From contig OX597827.1 of assembly GCA_951406725.2 (NCBI GenBank), positions 35,092,001-35,156,000 of the forward strand: a stretch of 64,000 nt of DNA, given 5' to 3'. Each line of letters starts with the position of its first letter. Positions within the stretch are counted from its first letter, which is position 1. Positions 1-14,309 of this stretch are shown here, one piece after another. A model generated the notes under the pieces. It saw nothing but the letters and a program-made list of their open reading frames with translations, was not told where the DNA came from and did not search any database. The translations under genes were made by a program, and so were the position numbers. The stretch is from Octopus vulgaris (lineage: Eukaryota).

Positions 1-154
1 AAGAGGGACAGACATTATCCGTATGGCTTTGTTTTAAGCACTTTGGCAGAGCCAACACAATGCATGCATTATCACCTTTATGTAATGACACCATCACCAC
101 AGGATCTCAACTTACATCAACATATTTTTTACATTTACGTTTTTCAACTGACAA

Positions 155-350
155 TAAGTCGGCGATCTAAAAATCGTTAGCACACTTTTGGTCCCTCTTT
201 ACATTCTGAGTTCAAATTCCGCTGAAGTCGACTTTGACTTTCATCCCTTTTGTATCGATAAAATAAGTACCAGTTGAGCACTGGTGTATTTGTAATCGAC
301 TTAGCCTTTCCTCTGAAATTGCTGACCTTTTACCAAAATTTGAAATCAAT
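155..350 (+). mobile_element. Octopus-type (OK-like) SINE
   Basis: ttctgagttcaaattccgc..gtcgacttt..tttcatcc..cgataaaataagtaccagt core shared with many copies in the window. Confidence 0.75.
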
Positions 351-1354
351 CTAGAAGACGCAACTTGCGTTTAAATATGACCACCCCTTCCACACTAAAT
401 ATATTTACTCCAAAATAACACGTTTTCCCGCAGTCTCGTATACTACGGCCTACTATTTTGAGATATGGAACAAGAGAAACTGATTATTGGAGTGGAAGGA
501 GACGGCAGCTTGATGTAAAGCTAGTCAGGTAACATCCCTAGGACATGAAACTTAAGTTGTCAGGCTTATAATTATCTATTTATTGACAAAGGCTGCTCTT
601 TTCGCTCACATGTGTTTCTGCACATGCCACAGAAAATTTTACATATTTTTGGCGAGGGAATATATAAAAAAGATACTGAATGCATGAAAATATGGTATGT
701 TTCCTTTGGGATCCTTTTGGAAACCAATCAAATCTTGATGTTTTCTGTTAAGCAACCCTGAACGTTTTGCTTATATATTGTCATACTGCCATCCTTCAGT
801 TGTTTTATCGGGCTTTAAAATCCGAGAGAAGTGCCAGAACATTCTGAGCTAGAGACACACGATCTAATCATAAGTTTATGTTTAATGAGATGGTAGAAGT
901 AATTAGTGAAGAAACAGAGACAATTTAGAATAGAAAGGAGTTTATAGCTATATCGAGGACATAATGGCCTCTCCAGTACCTGCGCCGTGATAGAATTTAT
1001 CTTTTAATTTCCTGTTATTAAATCCTATGATTGTTATTAGTACGAAAAATGAGCTGATATGCAAATGAGTTCAGACAGTGTCTGCTGTTCGTCGCTTGCT
1101 TTACAGATAGAGGTAAGATAAATTTCTCTCTTCCCCTTTCTGGTGTGGACGAAATAAACTCCCCTGATGACTTCCTAAATGACAGCAGAAACTAATCAAA
1201 CTGTTCTTCCGCGACAGTTCTATGATATGACATGTAATTGAGAATTTTTACAAACGTCGTCCTGAACATCATTCCATAACTTCATTTATCCAAAATTCTC
1301 TCTATATACCTATTTGAGTTATTTTCCGTAACTAATTATTTTTAAATTGTGTTT

Positions 1355-1512
1355 TTGTACAACCTCTTTTTGCAAACCCTATTTTTGGAAAGCCTGTTTT
1401 TGCAAAGCCTGTTTTTACAAAGCCTTGTTTTTGTAAAACCTGTTTTGATTGTGTTTTTGCTCAGCCTATGTTTTGCAAAGCCTGTATTTGCAAAACCTGT
1501 TTTGGGAAAGCC
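1355..1512. repeat. ~15-16 bp minisatellite (cctgtttttgcaaag)n
   Basis: About nine diverged tandem copies visible. Confidence 0.8.
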
Positions 1513-2104
1513 AAACTGAATTTACGAAAATTAAAAATATTTTAGTTATTTTATTGAAATTTATTTTCCCTAAAAATGTGTTAGTTATTTTTTATGTGAT
1601 AAATAATGAACTAGCAGCTCTGAGTTGAAATTCCGCAACGGAAATTGCTGAAACTGACGTCAGTCTTAAGAATTATCGGTTGGCATTTTTCAGACAATTA
1701 TGGTTTCTGTTAGTGCATGTTTTCATTCATGTGCGTTAACTACAGCATTAGAGTAATTTAGCTTTTATTTCTAGCAATGTAGGTGTTTTTTAACCAAGCA
1801 GTCATTCGACCTCGTAGAAATGGTAGCCGAATCACTGTCATATCACATTCCTTCTTCTTCCTGCCTTTAACCCTCCAACGCGGACTATAGGCCACTTATA
1901 ATTGAACTCGCATAATTCAGAATTGACTATGAGTAAACAAAAAGACAGGATGGTCCATACTGGATTGGATATACAGTCAGTATTAATATGGTGTCAAACA
2001 ACTTCGGATATTTACAGAATGTACGATGTGTAGCTGGATTAGAATAAGATCTGGTATACGGAAAATATTATTGATTTGACTGACGTCTTACGCATACAAT
2101 TAGC

Positions 2105-2302
2105 TGCGGTGAGCAGGCAGAAACGTTAACACATCGGGCGAAACGCTCAGCGGTCTTTACGTTCTGAGTTCAAATTCCGACAGGGCCGACTTTGCCTTTC
2201 ATCCTTTTGGGGTCGATAAATTAAGTACCGGTTGGGGTCGATCTAATCGACTGGCACCCCTTCCTCAAAATTTCGGGCCTTGTGTCTAAAGTAGAAAAGA
2301 AT
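2105..2302 (+). mobile_element. OK-like SINE
   Basis: Same core sequence. Confidence 0.8.
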
Positions 2303-2839
2303 ATTTAATCTCCAGCAATAGAAACATAAATATCTCTCATAACACACACTAACGTTTTAAATATGGAACGATGTTATTCAGAGTACGTTTGAAAAATTAA
2401 AAAAAAGATTATATTTTATCTTCGTTTTAAAAGTACTTACATTATAATGTCTAAGGATAAAATGGGATGGTTACAACTGGAACACCTTTATTCAAGAGTC
2501 GACCGTATCTGATCGAGAGGGAAGCAGGTAGATTTCACGAATGTCTCCGAGACCTACAGTAATTTGCTTTACTGAATTGTGCGTCGTACTTCTGCTGTAA
2601 GCTATCCCGAAGAGAGTTTTGAGGGTAGTCAGCTTTTAGACGGACCGATTAATCTTTCGCTTCTACACCACCAGGTTGTGGTAATTTGTAAGTCAGAGGC
2701 ATTGCAGGGTTCCACCAGTTTTCTTTGGCCATCTTGTTCCCCTAAGTAAGTAATGAAAAAAAAAAAAAAAAAAACTAGAACACCGAATTAGAACACAAGC
2801 GGCTGACTTCTGTTGTCGTTCTTTTTAATTTAAAAAAAG

Positions 2840-3024
2840 GTCTGGTTGTCAAATACAATGAGTCCAGCTACAGCCATTCAAAACCAAGAAAAGTTCCTTT
2901 GACCATAACAGATGTCGGAGGGACAGCACAGACTATATATATCAACAGTAGCAAACAATACTGTTTTCGTATGGACCAAAGTGTTTCCTTGACTACAGGG
3001 ATATCAGGGTGCCCTGATGAAAAG
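2840..3024 (+). CDS. Host gene exon, module 1 part A (phase 1->0): (G)LVVKYNESSYSHSKPRKVPLTITDVGGTAQTIYINSSKQYCFRMDQSVSLTTGISGCPDEK
   Basis: Open frame ending at a strong donor AAG|gtgagt. The acceptor (aaag|G) is weak; an in-frame alternative acceptor aacag| would start the exon at 2912. Phase matches the next exon. Confidence 0.6.
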
Positions 3025-3330
3025 GTGAGTATCCTTTTAATTTTAAATTAAACGATGTAATCAGAGAAAAAAAGGGCAGCGGCAATGGCATTTCGCAAGA
3101 CCTTCAAGACTTGTATAAGGAGCCAAACATTAGCTTAAATACTAAAGCATCTAATGAGCAGATCACGGCGTTAAACAGAATGGAAAATTGAGTCTACCCC
3201 CAGATAAAGGAACGGTCATCTGGCAGGCTCCTTTGGTAGCATTTCTTGTTTAGCCCCAGGTCACTCCTGTTTGAAAAGACCTATAACCAATGACGTTCTA
3301 GCCGTAACTATATCGCCATTTTCAAACATT

Positions 3331-3775
3331 ACGATGGTCGATTGAAAAGTTCATAATCTGACCAACTTACTCTCATGAAATGTGAGCAAATGAGGTATAT
3401 TTTCAACATCGCACCCCTTGTGGTTCACACACTACTTCCATCAGTGTTGCACTACTTGGATTCCATTGAGGAAGAAGACATCATCCTGTTGCTCAAAAAA
3501 GTCATCAACAGCAGATATGACGTCCTCATTATTGCGATACTGATCCCCAGTGTTTTTTTATGTTGGAGAACATATGATAGTCAGATGAGGCCAAGTCAAG
3601 AAACCTGGGAGGCTGTTCAACCAGTTCAAAACCACAGTCACTCACAGCAGCCATTGAAGCTTGTGTGCTGGAGCAGTGTCCTCATGAAACAAGACTACTT
3701 TCGTCAGTTTTCCTGGGTGTTTGGTCTTGATAGCCTTTTCTAACAGCCCCAGCAAGTTGGTATAGTACTCTTCAT
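3331..3775 (-). mobile_element. Mariner-like transposase 3' remnant with TIR
   Basis: Minus-strand HEDTAPAH and WPHLTI (PDLAPSDY-like) remnants; TIR-like acgatggtcgattgaaaagttc. Confidence 0.7.
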
Positions 3776-3944
3776 TGAAACACAGTTACAAATAATCTTA
3801 ACGATACATAACCTTACATGACATGTATACAATTATTAAGACGAAAATGTACATATACAAAATTTATATATAAAATATAAATTAAATACAAGGTTGTTAG
3901 GGGAAAAGGGATATAGACATATAAACCGGTGTCTTCTCACACGT

Positions 3945-4200
3945 GGAGGCACGTGGCTTAGAGGTTAGGGTGTCAGCATTATGATTGTAAGATTTTTTTT
4001 TTCGATTCCTGGACCGAGTGATGCGTTCTGTTCTTGAGCAAAACACTTCATTTCACGTTGCTCCAGTCCACTCAGCTGGCAAAAATGAGTAACGCTGCGA
4101 TGGACTGGCGTCCCGTCCAGCTGGAGAACACATACGCCATGGAAACCGGGAAACCGGGCCCATGAGCCTGGCTAGGCTTTAAAAGTGCGCATTTTATTAT
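3945..4200 (+). mobile_element. tRNA-derived SINE
   Basis: ggaggcacgtggcttagaggttaggg...ttcgattcc head; same family as 53745-53998. Confidence 0.8.
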
Positions 4201-4252
4201 TTTTTTTATCTTCTCACACACAATTTAAACAAAAATATCACACACACACACA

Positions 4253-4307
<55 letters not shown>

Positions 4308-4544
4308 GCGCTCGCAGATTAGTATTTAAAGTCGCATACATATGTATACATCGAAAGAGAAAAAACAGCAAACAAAAAGGATAATAAATAAATAAATCTA
4401 AAAAAGAACAGAAAAACTTATTCATGGATTATTGTTATAATTTGAAATCCTAACAGTAAATATCTATAAGGCAAATCCTAACAGAAAATATCTATACGGC
4501 AAAGCAAATTACAATAGCATTTTACTAAGTGAATATGTAATTTA

Positions 4545-5600
4545 TGAAACCGTGTTCTTGAGAAGTTATGTGTACTGGCCAACAATTGACCGTGACATTG
4601 AAGAACTAGTGAAAGCATGCAGAGGTTGTACCCTAGCTACAAAAGCAACCATCACTAAACGGCAACCGTGGCCAAAAACAGATACTCCGTGTTGATTATG
4701 CAGGTCCACTTAAGGGTTCATATAACCTTGTTGTGGTGAACGGATTTTCAAAGTGTTCTGAAGTACATAAGTGTAAAAAGCCGACATCTGCGATTACAGT
4801 AAATTTTTTACACGAATTGTTCGTCTGATAATGAAACTCAATTTACTTCATAAAAGTTCAGAAAACTTTGTAAAATGTTAGTTATCGAACATGTGACCAC
4901 TCCGCCGAATCATCCTAGGTCAAGTGGACAAGCGGAGCATTTTCTTGATACTTTTAAGACGGCTTTAAAAAAGGCGAACAATGGAGTAATGAATGACCTA
5001 GCACCTCAACAATTCCTAAGAGTGTACCGAGTAACACCTAATCCGAATACCCTGTCTGGAATGTCACCTGCGGAATTAATGTTTGCTAGAAAGATCAGAT
5101 CCAACTTTGATAAGTTGATACTGAGTAAAAAAAGAAAAGTGGCGAACAACAAACATAACTCAAAATTCTTTAAGATAGGTGACAAGGTTGTTTTCAAAAC
5201 GTATAGATATGGTAAATAAAAAAGCTGGGAGGACGGTGTAAACCTTAATCAAATTGGAAAAATATTATTCTTAGTAAAGGGAAAAAAATTTCGAACATAA
5301 AAGGCATATAAACTAACTTAAAAAAAGATTACGGTCACGAGAGATGAAATCCCCACGAAAGTATTGTACGATACGTTTGAGGTACTAACACCCAAACAAA
5401 TTGAAAACCACACGTTCAAGTTCCAGAAAAAGGAAAAGAACGGGAATACTGGAATTAAACCCTGAGTGTAAAAGATATTAAAACTCTGGACGGAGTTTAA
5501 TTCTCAAAAAGGGGTAAAGTTATAGAAGGCTAATCCTCAACGTCGTCATAACATTATTGGCGATGAGATATTCAAACTCTCGAAGACATAGCACATAATA
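4545..5600 (+). mobile_element. Gypsy LTR retrotransposon integrase remnant with PPT and start of the 3' LTR
   Basis: YWPTIDRDIEELVKACRGC, TPPNHPRSSGQAE, YRVTPN...SPAELMFARK; purine tract aaaaaggggt near 5510. Confidence 0.88.
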
Positions 5601-8065
5601 CATACATACATACATACATACATACATACATACATTTATATACATTTATATAGAACATATATTTCCACTTGCACAGGCACAATTTTTAAAAAAGGAAGTC
5701 TTTTCTGTTTGGCTCCACTTTTTGAAATTTTAAAATTAAGTGAAAAGTTTCAAATTTTGTATATTGATGAAATTTTTTTCACGCTGAATCTAATGTTGTT
5801 ATTAACTTATTGCAGAAAAATAATTTTAAAAAATGTTACTGAGGTTTAAAGTTTGATAATTTTTACTCACTCAGAAAAAAAGATTTGGAAGCTGGCATTT
5901 TGTGTGTGATGAGACGACGACTGATAAAACATTCAAGGCATGTTATCAAAAACAAAAAAAAAATCTGAAACTGAACGTTAGATTGTGCAAAAACAAATAG
6001 AACGTTAAATTACACAAAAAAGCACCTCAAAAAGTCTGTATTTCAGCTCATGTAAGCAATACATATTTTGTAGCGAGAAGGTTAAATTAGAAAAATATCC
6101 GTTCGTTTCTCAGACAGCAATAAACGTGTAAAAGCACGAAAGCACAACATAAACAACACGTGCTTAGACAGGATAGCAACAAATTGGCTTGTTACTATGG
6201 AAACAGGCATCAATATGTCTGTGGCTTTCGATTGGCAAAAATTACGCAATATTTGTAAAATTTAGAAATTATTAACTTTTTATTTATTCATTTATAGCAA
6301 AAATTTTAATTTCCATAGCATACTAAATACACCGAATTTGAAATCAAGAAAATGAAAGGAATTGACAAGCCAAAGAGAAAAGATCCCCAAAAAGCTACTA
6401 ATGTTTTCATTCAGTACAGATACAATAATCTGGCACATTTGTACAACATGCCATGTGCCTTCAAGCAATCTTACAGGCTCAGTGCTTACTTACCGTTATA
6501 CCAATTTGAAAACGAGGACGCTGATGAGAAGAAAAAAAAACGCGAAGAGGGTTGATGCAGAAAGCAGAACAAGAATAAAGACAAGAAGACTAAGATCTTC
6601 GATCCTTTTATCTGTAGAAATCATAATTAATCTAGCTGGTATAAAATGATATAACGGAGTGGAGGCCAATGCCTGTGAGATAGCCACTCAGTCAGGTGAT
6701 GATGGTGTTCTCCAATTCGACAAAAGAAATTTGACCATGTGCTTGTATTTGCTAAAAGTTTCGGATCAAGAATTAAGTAGTACGGTGGAATTCTTGAATC
6801 TAAAAAGGAAGATGCGATTTTTCAGCGACGCATGACTTGGACTTCTTTGATCCGTTTATATATGATGTACATTTTCCCACGATTCTCCAATTGATTTTAT
6901 GTGGTTTTCAGATCCCATACGTACATGGCTAGTCAACTAAGTAGCTTTGTTTTTATCGATGTGTCGTTAAGAAGACTGGTAGTTTGCATAACGGCTTTTC
7001 AAATTACCTTCACATAAACCGAAATAATTTTTCTCCTTGATTATGTTGCCTTGGAGCACGGCTGTAACTTAGGCTTCTCAAACTGCCTTTATCAAGCACC
7101 CCTGATCAAGCGGGTAAGCTTCAGGATCTCAACAGTTACAACTGAGAGTACACTCTTGGTGTGACTTCGAGTGATAAGATCCTTACATTTCTTTCTTTCT
7201 TTTTGCTCCACTTTTTGCATCAACCTTCTTCGCATTTTCTTCCCGTTTTTCTTCAAATTAGTCTAACGGTATACATTGAACCTGAAAGATTGCTTCAAGA
7301 CTCAAGGCATGTTATATAAATATGTCAGTTTATGTCCTTGCTTCAGCTTATATAAAATCCCATGTTATGTAAAAAAAAAAAAAACAGAATCCTAGCTTAG
7401 CACTTTCATAAAATATAGATCCTTAAAACGGAACGAATTACTGGCGTCCTACAAATAGACACGCACAAAAACTAGCTGTGCCCCATTATGGGGGCAGTGC
7501 AACAGCTTTTCAATTACGCGATTGAAACACCATACTTTGAACCGAGACATAAATCATGGTCTCGGTTGAATTTATTTTGCTTGTAGAACAAGACGAAGGA
7601 GCTTCAATAAGCAGCTTCTCGATCTTCTACGAATAACAACAATCTTTATGAAAAGAATGAAACATTGGGTATGAAACAAATAGGATGCTTATGGGTGGAA
7701 TGGTATTGATTATAGATTTAGTTCATCATTGTTGACCTAAGAACATATAAAAATTAAGGCATGTAGGTAGTACCCCTAATCTGTTGGTCAGTTAAACATC
7801 ACCACTTGGTCATAGGGTACCTTAAGCGGAATCCTATTTGTTACAAGTAATCAGAAGTATCTGGCGTGAAGATGACTCTATATCGTTATGCACTGCTTTC
7901 TACAGCGGAGAATATTCTCGCTATTTTGCCAACAGTTACAGAAATCTTAAGAATATAACTATTATGGTACGGCTCTTCTACGCTTCTGACTAAGTTAAAA
8001 AATGAATAATAATATCGATTTTACTGTTCTTTCAGTGTTATTCACTCGAAATTCTTCTTTTTCAG

Positions 8066-8141
8066 TTCGATATCAATGTCTACCAGAGATTCAACCAGTA
8101 CTTGATCAATTATCGGCCCTCAAATTCCTGTGAGATTACTG
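8066..8141 (+). CDS. Host gene exon, module 1 part B (phase 0->1): FDINVYQRFNQYLINYRPSNSCEIT
   Basis: Polypyrimidine tract + ttcag acceptor, G|gtaata donor, 76 nt open, phase compatible on both sides. Confidence 0.65.
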
Positions 8142-9425
8142 GTAATAATAAAAAATTGTTTTTGATTTTTAATCTTTCAAATTATGGGAAAGCGATTGGT
8201 AACGTTAATGCTGGTGTTTTACTTTTGTTGGTAGTAATGCTGGTGTTAGTGTTGGTGCGTTGGACATCTGAAAATATTGCTCTTACATTTCCAGTTAATC
8301 TGAATCATTCAGAGTTACTATCTTTTCCAGCAATACGTACTCTTGTCTCTTCAAAGAGTAATCACTAGGCAGAGATTCAGGTTCTGCTACCCATACCACC
8401 TCAATGCATACTTGCACAGATCAACAGCTTATTAATTTGACTCCAGTACTTGACATGTACTTTTAGCGAACTCTAGTACTTTTGTTGACTCCTGTACTTG
8501 GCATGTACTATTTTATCAAGCTTTCATCAAAGAATGGAAAGTAAAGTTTCATTTAGAGAGATATGAAATCAGAAGACAACGAGACAGAAGAAACAGCGTG
8601 AGCTATTTCGCCCGACGCTTTAACAATTGTGTCATTCCACTTGCCGCATTCTCTGCTGACTAAGCTTTATTTTCAAAATATTAGTTATCTACCATGAGCT
8701 TACAGATTAATCCTCCAGAAAATAATAAACGATTTAAATCCATACTATCTATACAATGCTCCCGACACATCTCTAGAAATACAGTATTAAAATCTGCTCA
8801 GAAATAATTTGCCGAGTGTGAATAAAATCTCCACCTGGTTGTGGACGCTTCTATGAGATGAGTTTAATGTAATTTGGATTATTCCATATCAGACACCACA
8901 CGTAGTCGATAGGCAGTAGGTATGGCTGCGTGATTAAGCTGTCTGCTTAACAACCACGTGGTTTTGAGTTAGATGCCACCATGCGGCTCTTAAGGCAAGT
9001 GTCTATTTACCATAGCTTCAGGTGGAAATTGATAGACGGAAACTTCGGTGGAGTTTATGAGTGGAATTTGATAAATTGAATCTTTTTGAAAGCATGTAAG
9101 AAGGACCATGATTTATACATATAAGATGTTGCTTAATTTAACAGCATCACTTCCTCTGGTGTATTTAACAGTTCCATTTTGTTGCTTGTATTTAGGCTCA
9201 CTCTGAGAATAACTTATCCCTTCTTTCGTCTGTCTTGAATGTCCTAAAGAAATTATAGACACTGCTTTTCGTTTTCTGACTGCACTGATAATGAAGATAA
9301 CAGGTTCATTTCATTGTTGATTCTGATTTACATTTAACTCCAAACACTATACCTTAGGTTAAAATACACTGACAGATTTACTGATGAAGCAAAACTTATG
9401 CTATATTTTCCTCCACTTCTTACAG

Positions 9426-9646
9426 ATGCTGAGTTTAGACTGATGCTGGTAGTAATTAAAACAAATTTCAGCAAAGCAGATTATACAAGCAGCTTGTATT
9501 TTCGATTAAATGGCGAGCTTGAATTCAGTTTTCAAGGAATAACACCCGGTAGGACTCAAATATTCTTGGTCCCTAAAGTACAGTATCACAGTATAAGTTC
9601 ACTGGAAGTCTCAGCATCAAGGCGGAGCAATTTGATTTTAAATGAG
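9426..9646 (+). CDS. Host gene exon, module 2 part A (phase 1->0): (D)AEFRLMLVVIKTNFSKADYTSSLYFRLNGELEFSFQGITPGRTQIFLVPKVQYHSISSLEVSASRRSNLILNE
   Basis: cttcttacag acceptor, GAG|gtaagt donor, lies within ORF 9398..9688, non-repetitive sequence. Confidence 0.8.
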
Positions 9647-9967
9647 GTAAGTATGTACAGCCAAAACTTGAAATGGTCAATTAGATAAGGCTTAAAGCCA
9701 AACTATTCATAGAACCAAACTATATAGCATTATACAATTATAAATAACCACTTGAGCAAGAAAGATTCGTGAACTAATGCCGTTGCATTAAGCGTGTGGT
9801 GTATTCGTTACAGCTTCAAAGTAACAAAAGAAACTTTCTGTGCATGACTGTGATGCATCGTTCATTGTAGTTGGTTTCATTTACTGAGACTCTCAGAATT
9901 GTTTCTAACTATTAAATGTTTCTATGGGCTTGGTTCATATTCAGGAATATATATGCACATACATAAA

Positions 9968-10001
<34 letters not shown>

Positions 10002-10011
10002 CATACATACA

Positions 10012-10043
<32 letters not shown>

Positions 10044-10092
10044 AATGTACGTACACTATGTATGTATGTATGTATATATGCATGTATGTATG

Positions 10093-10142
<50 letters not shown>

Positions 10143-10227
10143 GTGTATGTGTGTCTGTGTGTATACATTATCTATCTATCTATCTATCTATCTATCCATC
10201 TATCTTCATACATTGTATATACATACA

Positions 10228-10267
<40 letters not shown>

Positions 10268-10834
10268 ATAAATTGCACACACACATACACGCACATGCAC
10301 ACATACACACACACACACACGAATATGTATATATGGATAAATAGACAGATACAGATATATTGATATATGAGGTAAGTAATACGGGAGGCAATAGAAAAAT
10401 GTGTATTATGTTTGGGTGTGAAATGCTATAATGTTGAAGAAAGTTATGAACAAGAGAAGGGAAAGAGGGCACAACACAATGCTGGTGCAAGAACAAAACA
10501 AGAGTTTTAATTCTGTGAGTGAATAAAAATAGTAAGGTACGTAAAGGAGCAAGAGGAATGCGACAGAAGTGAAGTTATAGTGAGATGGAAAATGAAAGGA
10601 GAGAAAAAAGAATAATTAGAGAAATGAACAAACTAGTTCATGAAGTGAAGAGAAAGTGGGAAAAAATTAAGAGAACTGAGTAAGAATTGGAGGGTAAATA
10701 TTATACTAAAACTGACAAAAATATAACATACATAAATGAAATAAATAAATAAATGCTACGTTCGAATGCACGTATATATAATAAAGGGAGATGGGAATTT
10801 CACCCGAGTCTACGCTACAAAGTGGTACGAGAAT

Positions 10835-11778
10835 TGGTTGAAATGTTAATAGACTGACTATGAAGGAGTCATGCTAGAGTCATGCATTAGTTTCAACCAG
10901 CTTATTAATAACTGCATTGTTTCTTCCTATGTAAACTGACATATGACTATTCAAGAAAGACTTCAAATGTAGCTACGAGTGATTTCCCTTGAAAATCGAT
11001 AAAATTAGGCATCTTGGTGTTATCAAGTATCTGCGAAAAAAAGGACATTTACTCTGAAGGACATTCACGCTGACATGGTTGCTACATTAGGGGATGATGC
11101 CTCAGCTTTATCAACACTGCAAAAGTGGACAGCTGAATTTAAGAGGGGAAGGGAGAGTTTCGAAGATGATCCAAGGTTTGGACGTCTTGCAACAACCATC
11201 ATCGAGGACAACATTGATCGTGTTCACCACATACTGATGGATGACATTCGATTGATTATAAATCAAAGAGTCAGTGTTATTAGCATATCCCGTGAGAGGG
11301 TTGAGAATATTCTGCAATACGAACTTGGCACGACAAAGGTTTCTACTCGGTAGATGCCACCTCTTCTGACACCTGATCAGAAGTGCACCAGAGTGATCAT
11401 GTGAGAAAATCTGACATTGTTTGAGGCAGAACTAGCTGGTTTCCTTGAAAGTTTCCTAAACCAGGATGAGTGCTGAGTTGATGACTTTGGGTCAGAGACA
11501 AAGAGACAATCCAAGCAGTGGAAACACTCCGTCTCACCTGCTCCAAAGAAGGCCAAGGTTGTCTCATCTGCAGTGACGGTGATGGTCACAGTTTTTTGGG
11601 ACACAAAAGGCATTGTGCTTATTGACTATTTTCAAATTGGTCACACCATCAATGGAGAGTACTGTGCCAACTTGCCAGGGCAGTTAGAAAGGGCTATCAA
11701 GACCAGGAAAACTGACGAAAGTGGTCTTTTTTCATGAGGACAATGCTCCAGCATAAAAGTCTTTGGTTTCAATGGCTA
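10835..11778 (+). mobile_element. Mariner transposase pseudogene (3' truncated)
   Basis: KWTAEFKRGRESFEDDPRFGR, stop-interrupted WVPxLL and DE motifs, FWDTKG, HEDNAPA. Confidence 0.9.
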
Positions 11779-12077
11779 AGGACCGAAGTTCGCGAGAGAA
11801 AAATTAATTTCTGCTCCAGACGGAGACGGGAGTCTGTGGTGATACACTGTTGAACACTAGTTCGAATACAGATAGATGCTGAAAAGAATGACCAACCGAG
11901 CGGAAGTGGCGTGAGACCGGAGTATCAACCCCAAGTCTTATATCGTGTAATTTTTCGGCAAAACGGTCAGCGAGGTATCATTCAGTTTGTATGTATGCAT
12001 CTATGTATGTATGTATGTATGTATGTATGTATGTATGTATGTATGTATGTATGTATGTATGTATATATGTATGTATG

Positions 12078-12127
<50 letters not shown>

Positions 12128-12156
12128 CCTACCTATCTACCTATCTACCTATCTAC

Positions 12157-12200
<44 letters not shown>

Positions 12201-12211
12201 TTATCTATCAA

Positions 12212-13747
<1,536 letters not shown>

Positions 13748-14002
13748 TCTGTCTATCTATCTTTCTGCAAAAAGTATGAGCATTGACAAACATACCAATA
13801 AACCGGTGCTTTCCAATGAAAACTCCTTGTGATATTTCTTCCCTCGCCGGAATGTCACAGACGTCTTTGTAAATGTCACCAGTAGAAATTCAGTCAAACC
13901 TGCAGCTAACGATATTTTTGTTAACAGAATGTGATATGAATTAAATAAAAGCAATAATAAATACATTTATTTAATAATTTAAAGCTGCTTGAATATTTTC
14001 AG

Positions 14003-14087
14003 ATCCTCCTATCTAAAGAGTTTTCCTTTGAGAAACGATTTGTGCATTTTGAATTACTCACAAGTCAAATATATTATGTTAATAAAG
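14003..14087 (+). CDS. Host gene exon, module 2 part B (phase 0->1): ILLSKEFSFEKRFVHFELLTSQIYYVNK
   Basis: ttttcag acceptor, AAG|gtaagt donor, 85 nt open, phase compatible. Confidence 0.72.
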
Positions 14088-14309
14088 GTAAGTACTTTCT
14101 ATCTCATGCATATACACACAACACACATACACACACAACACACATACACACACAACACACAAACACACACATACACACAGATAGATACTTAAATTCACAT
14201 ACAAAATATCTGGTGCACATAACTCAATTCGTGTACCAAAACGGCAATATAATTCTCTGTCAGAATCTGAGCAGTGTGTTGGTCACAGCAATCGGTACTC
14301 ATTCATAAA

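Noticed and set aside
1060-1112. Possible upstream host exon ending GAG|gtaaga
   Set aside because: Good donor, but no convincing acceptor or start in the required phase-1 frame.
3375-3743. 122-aa plus-strand ORF
   Set aside because: Antisense to a mariner transposase remnant.
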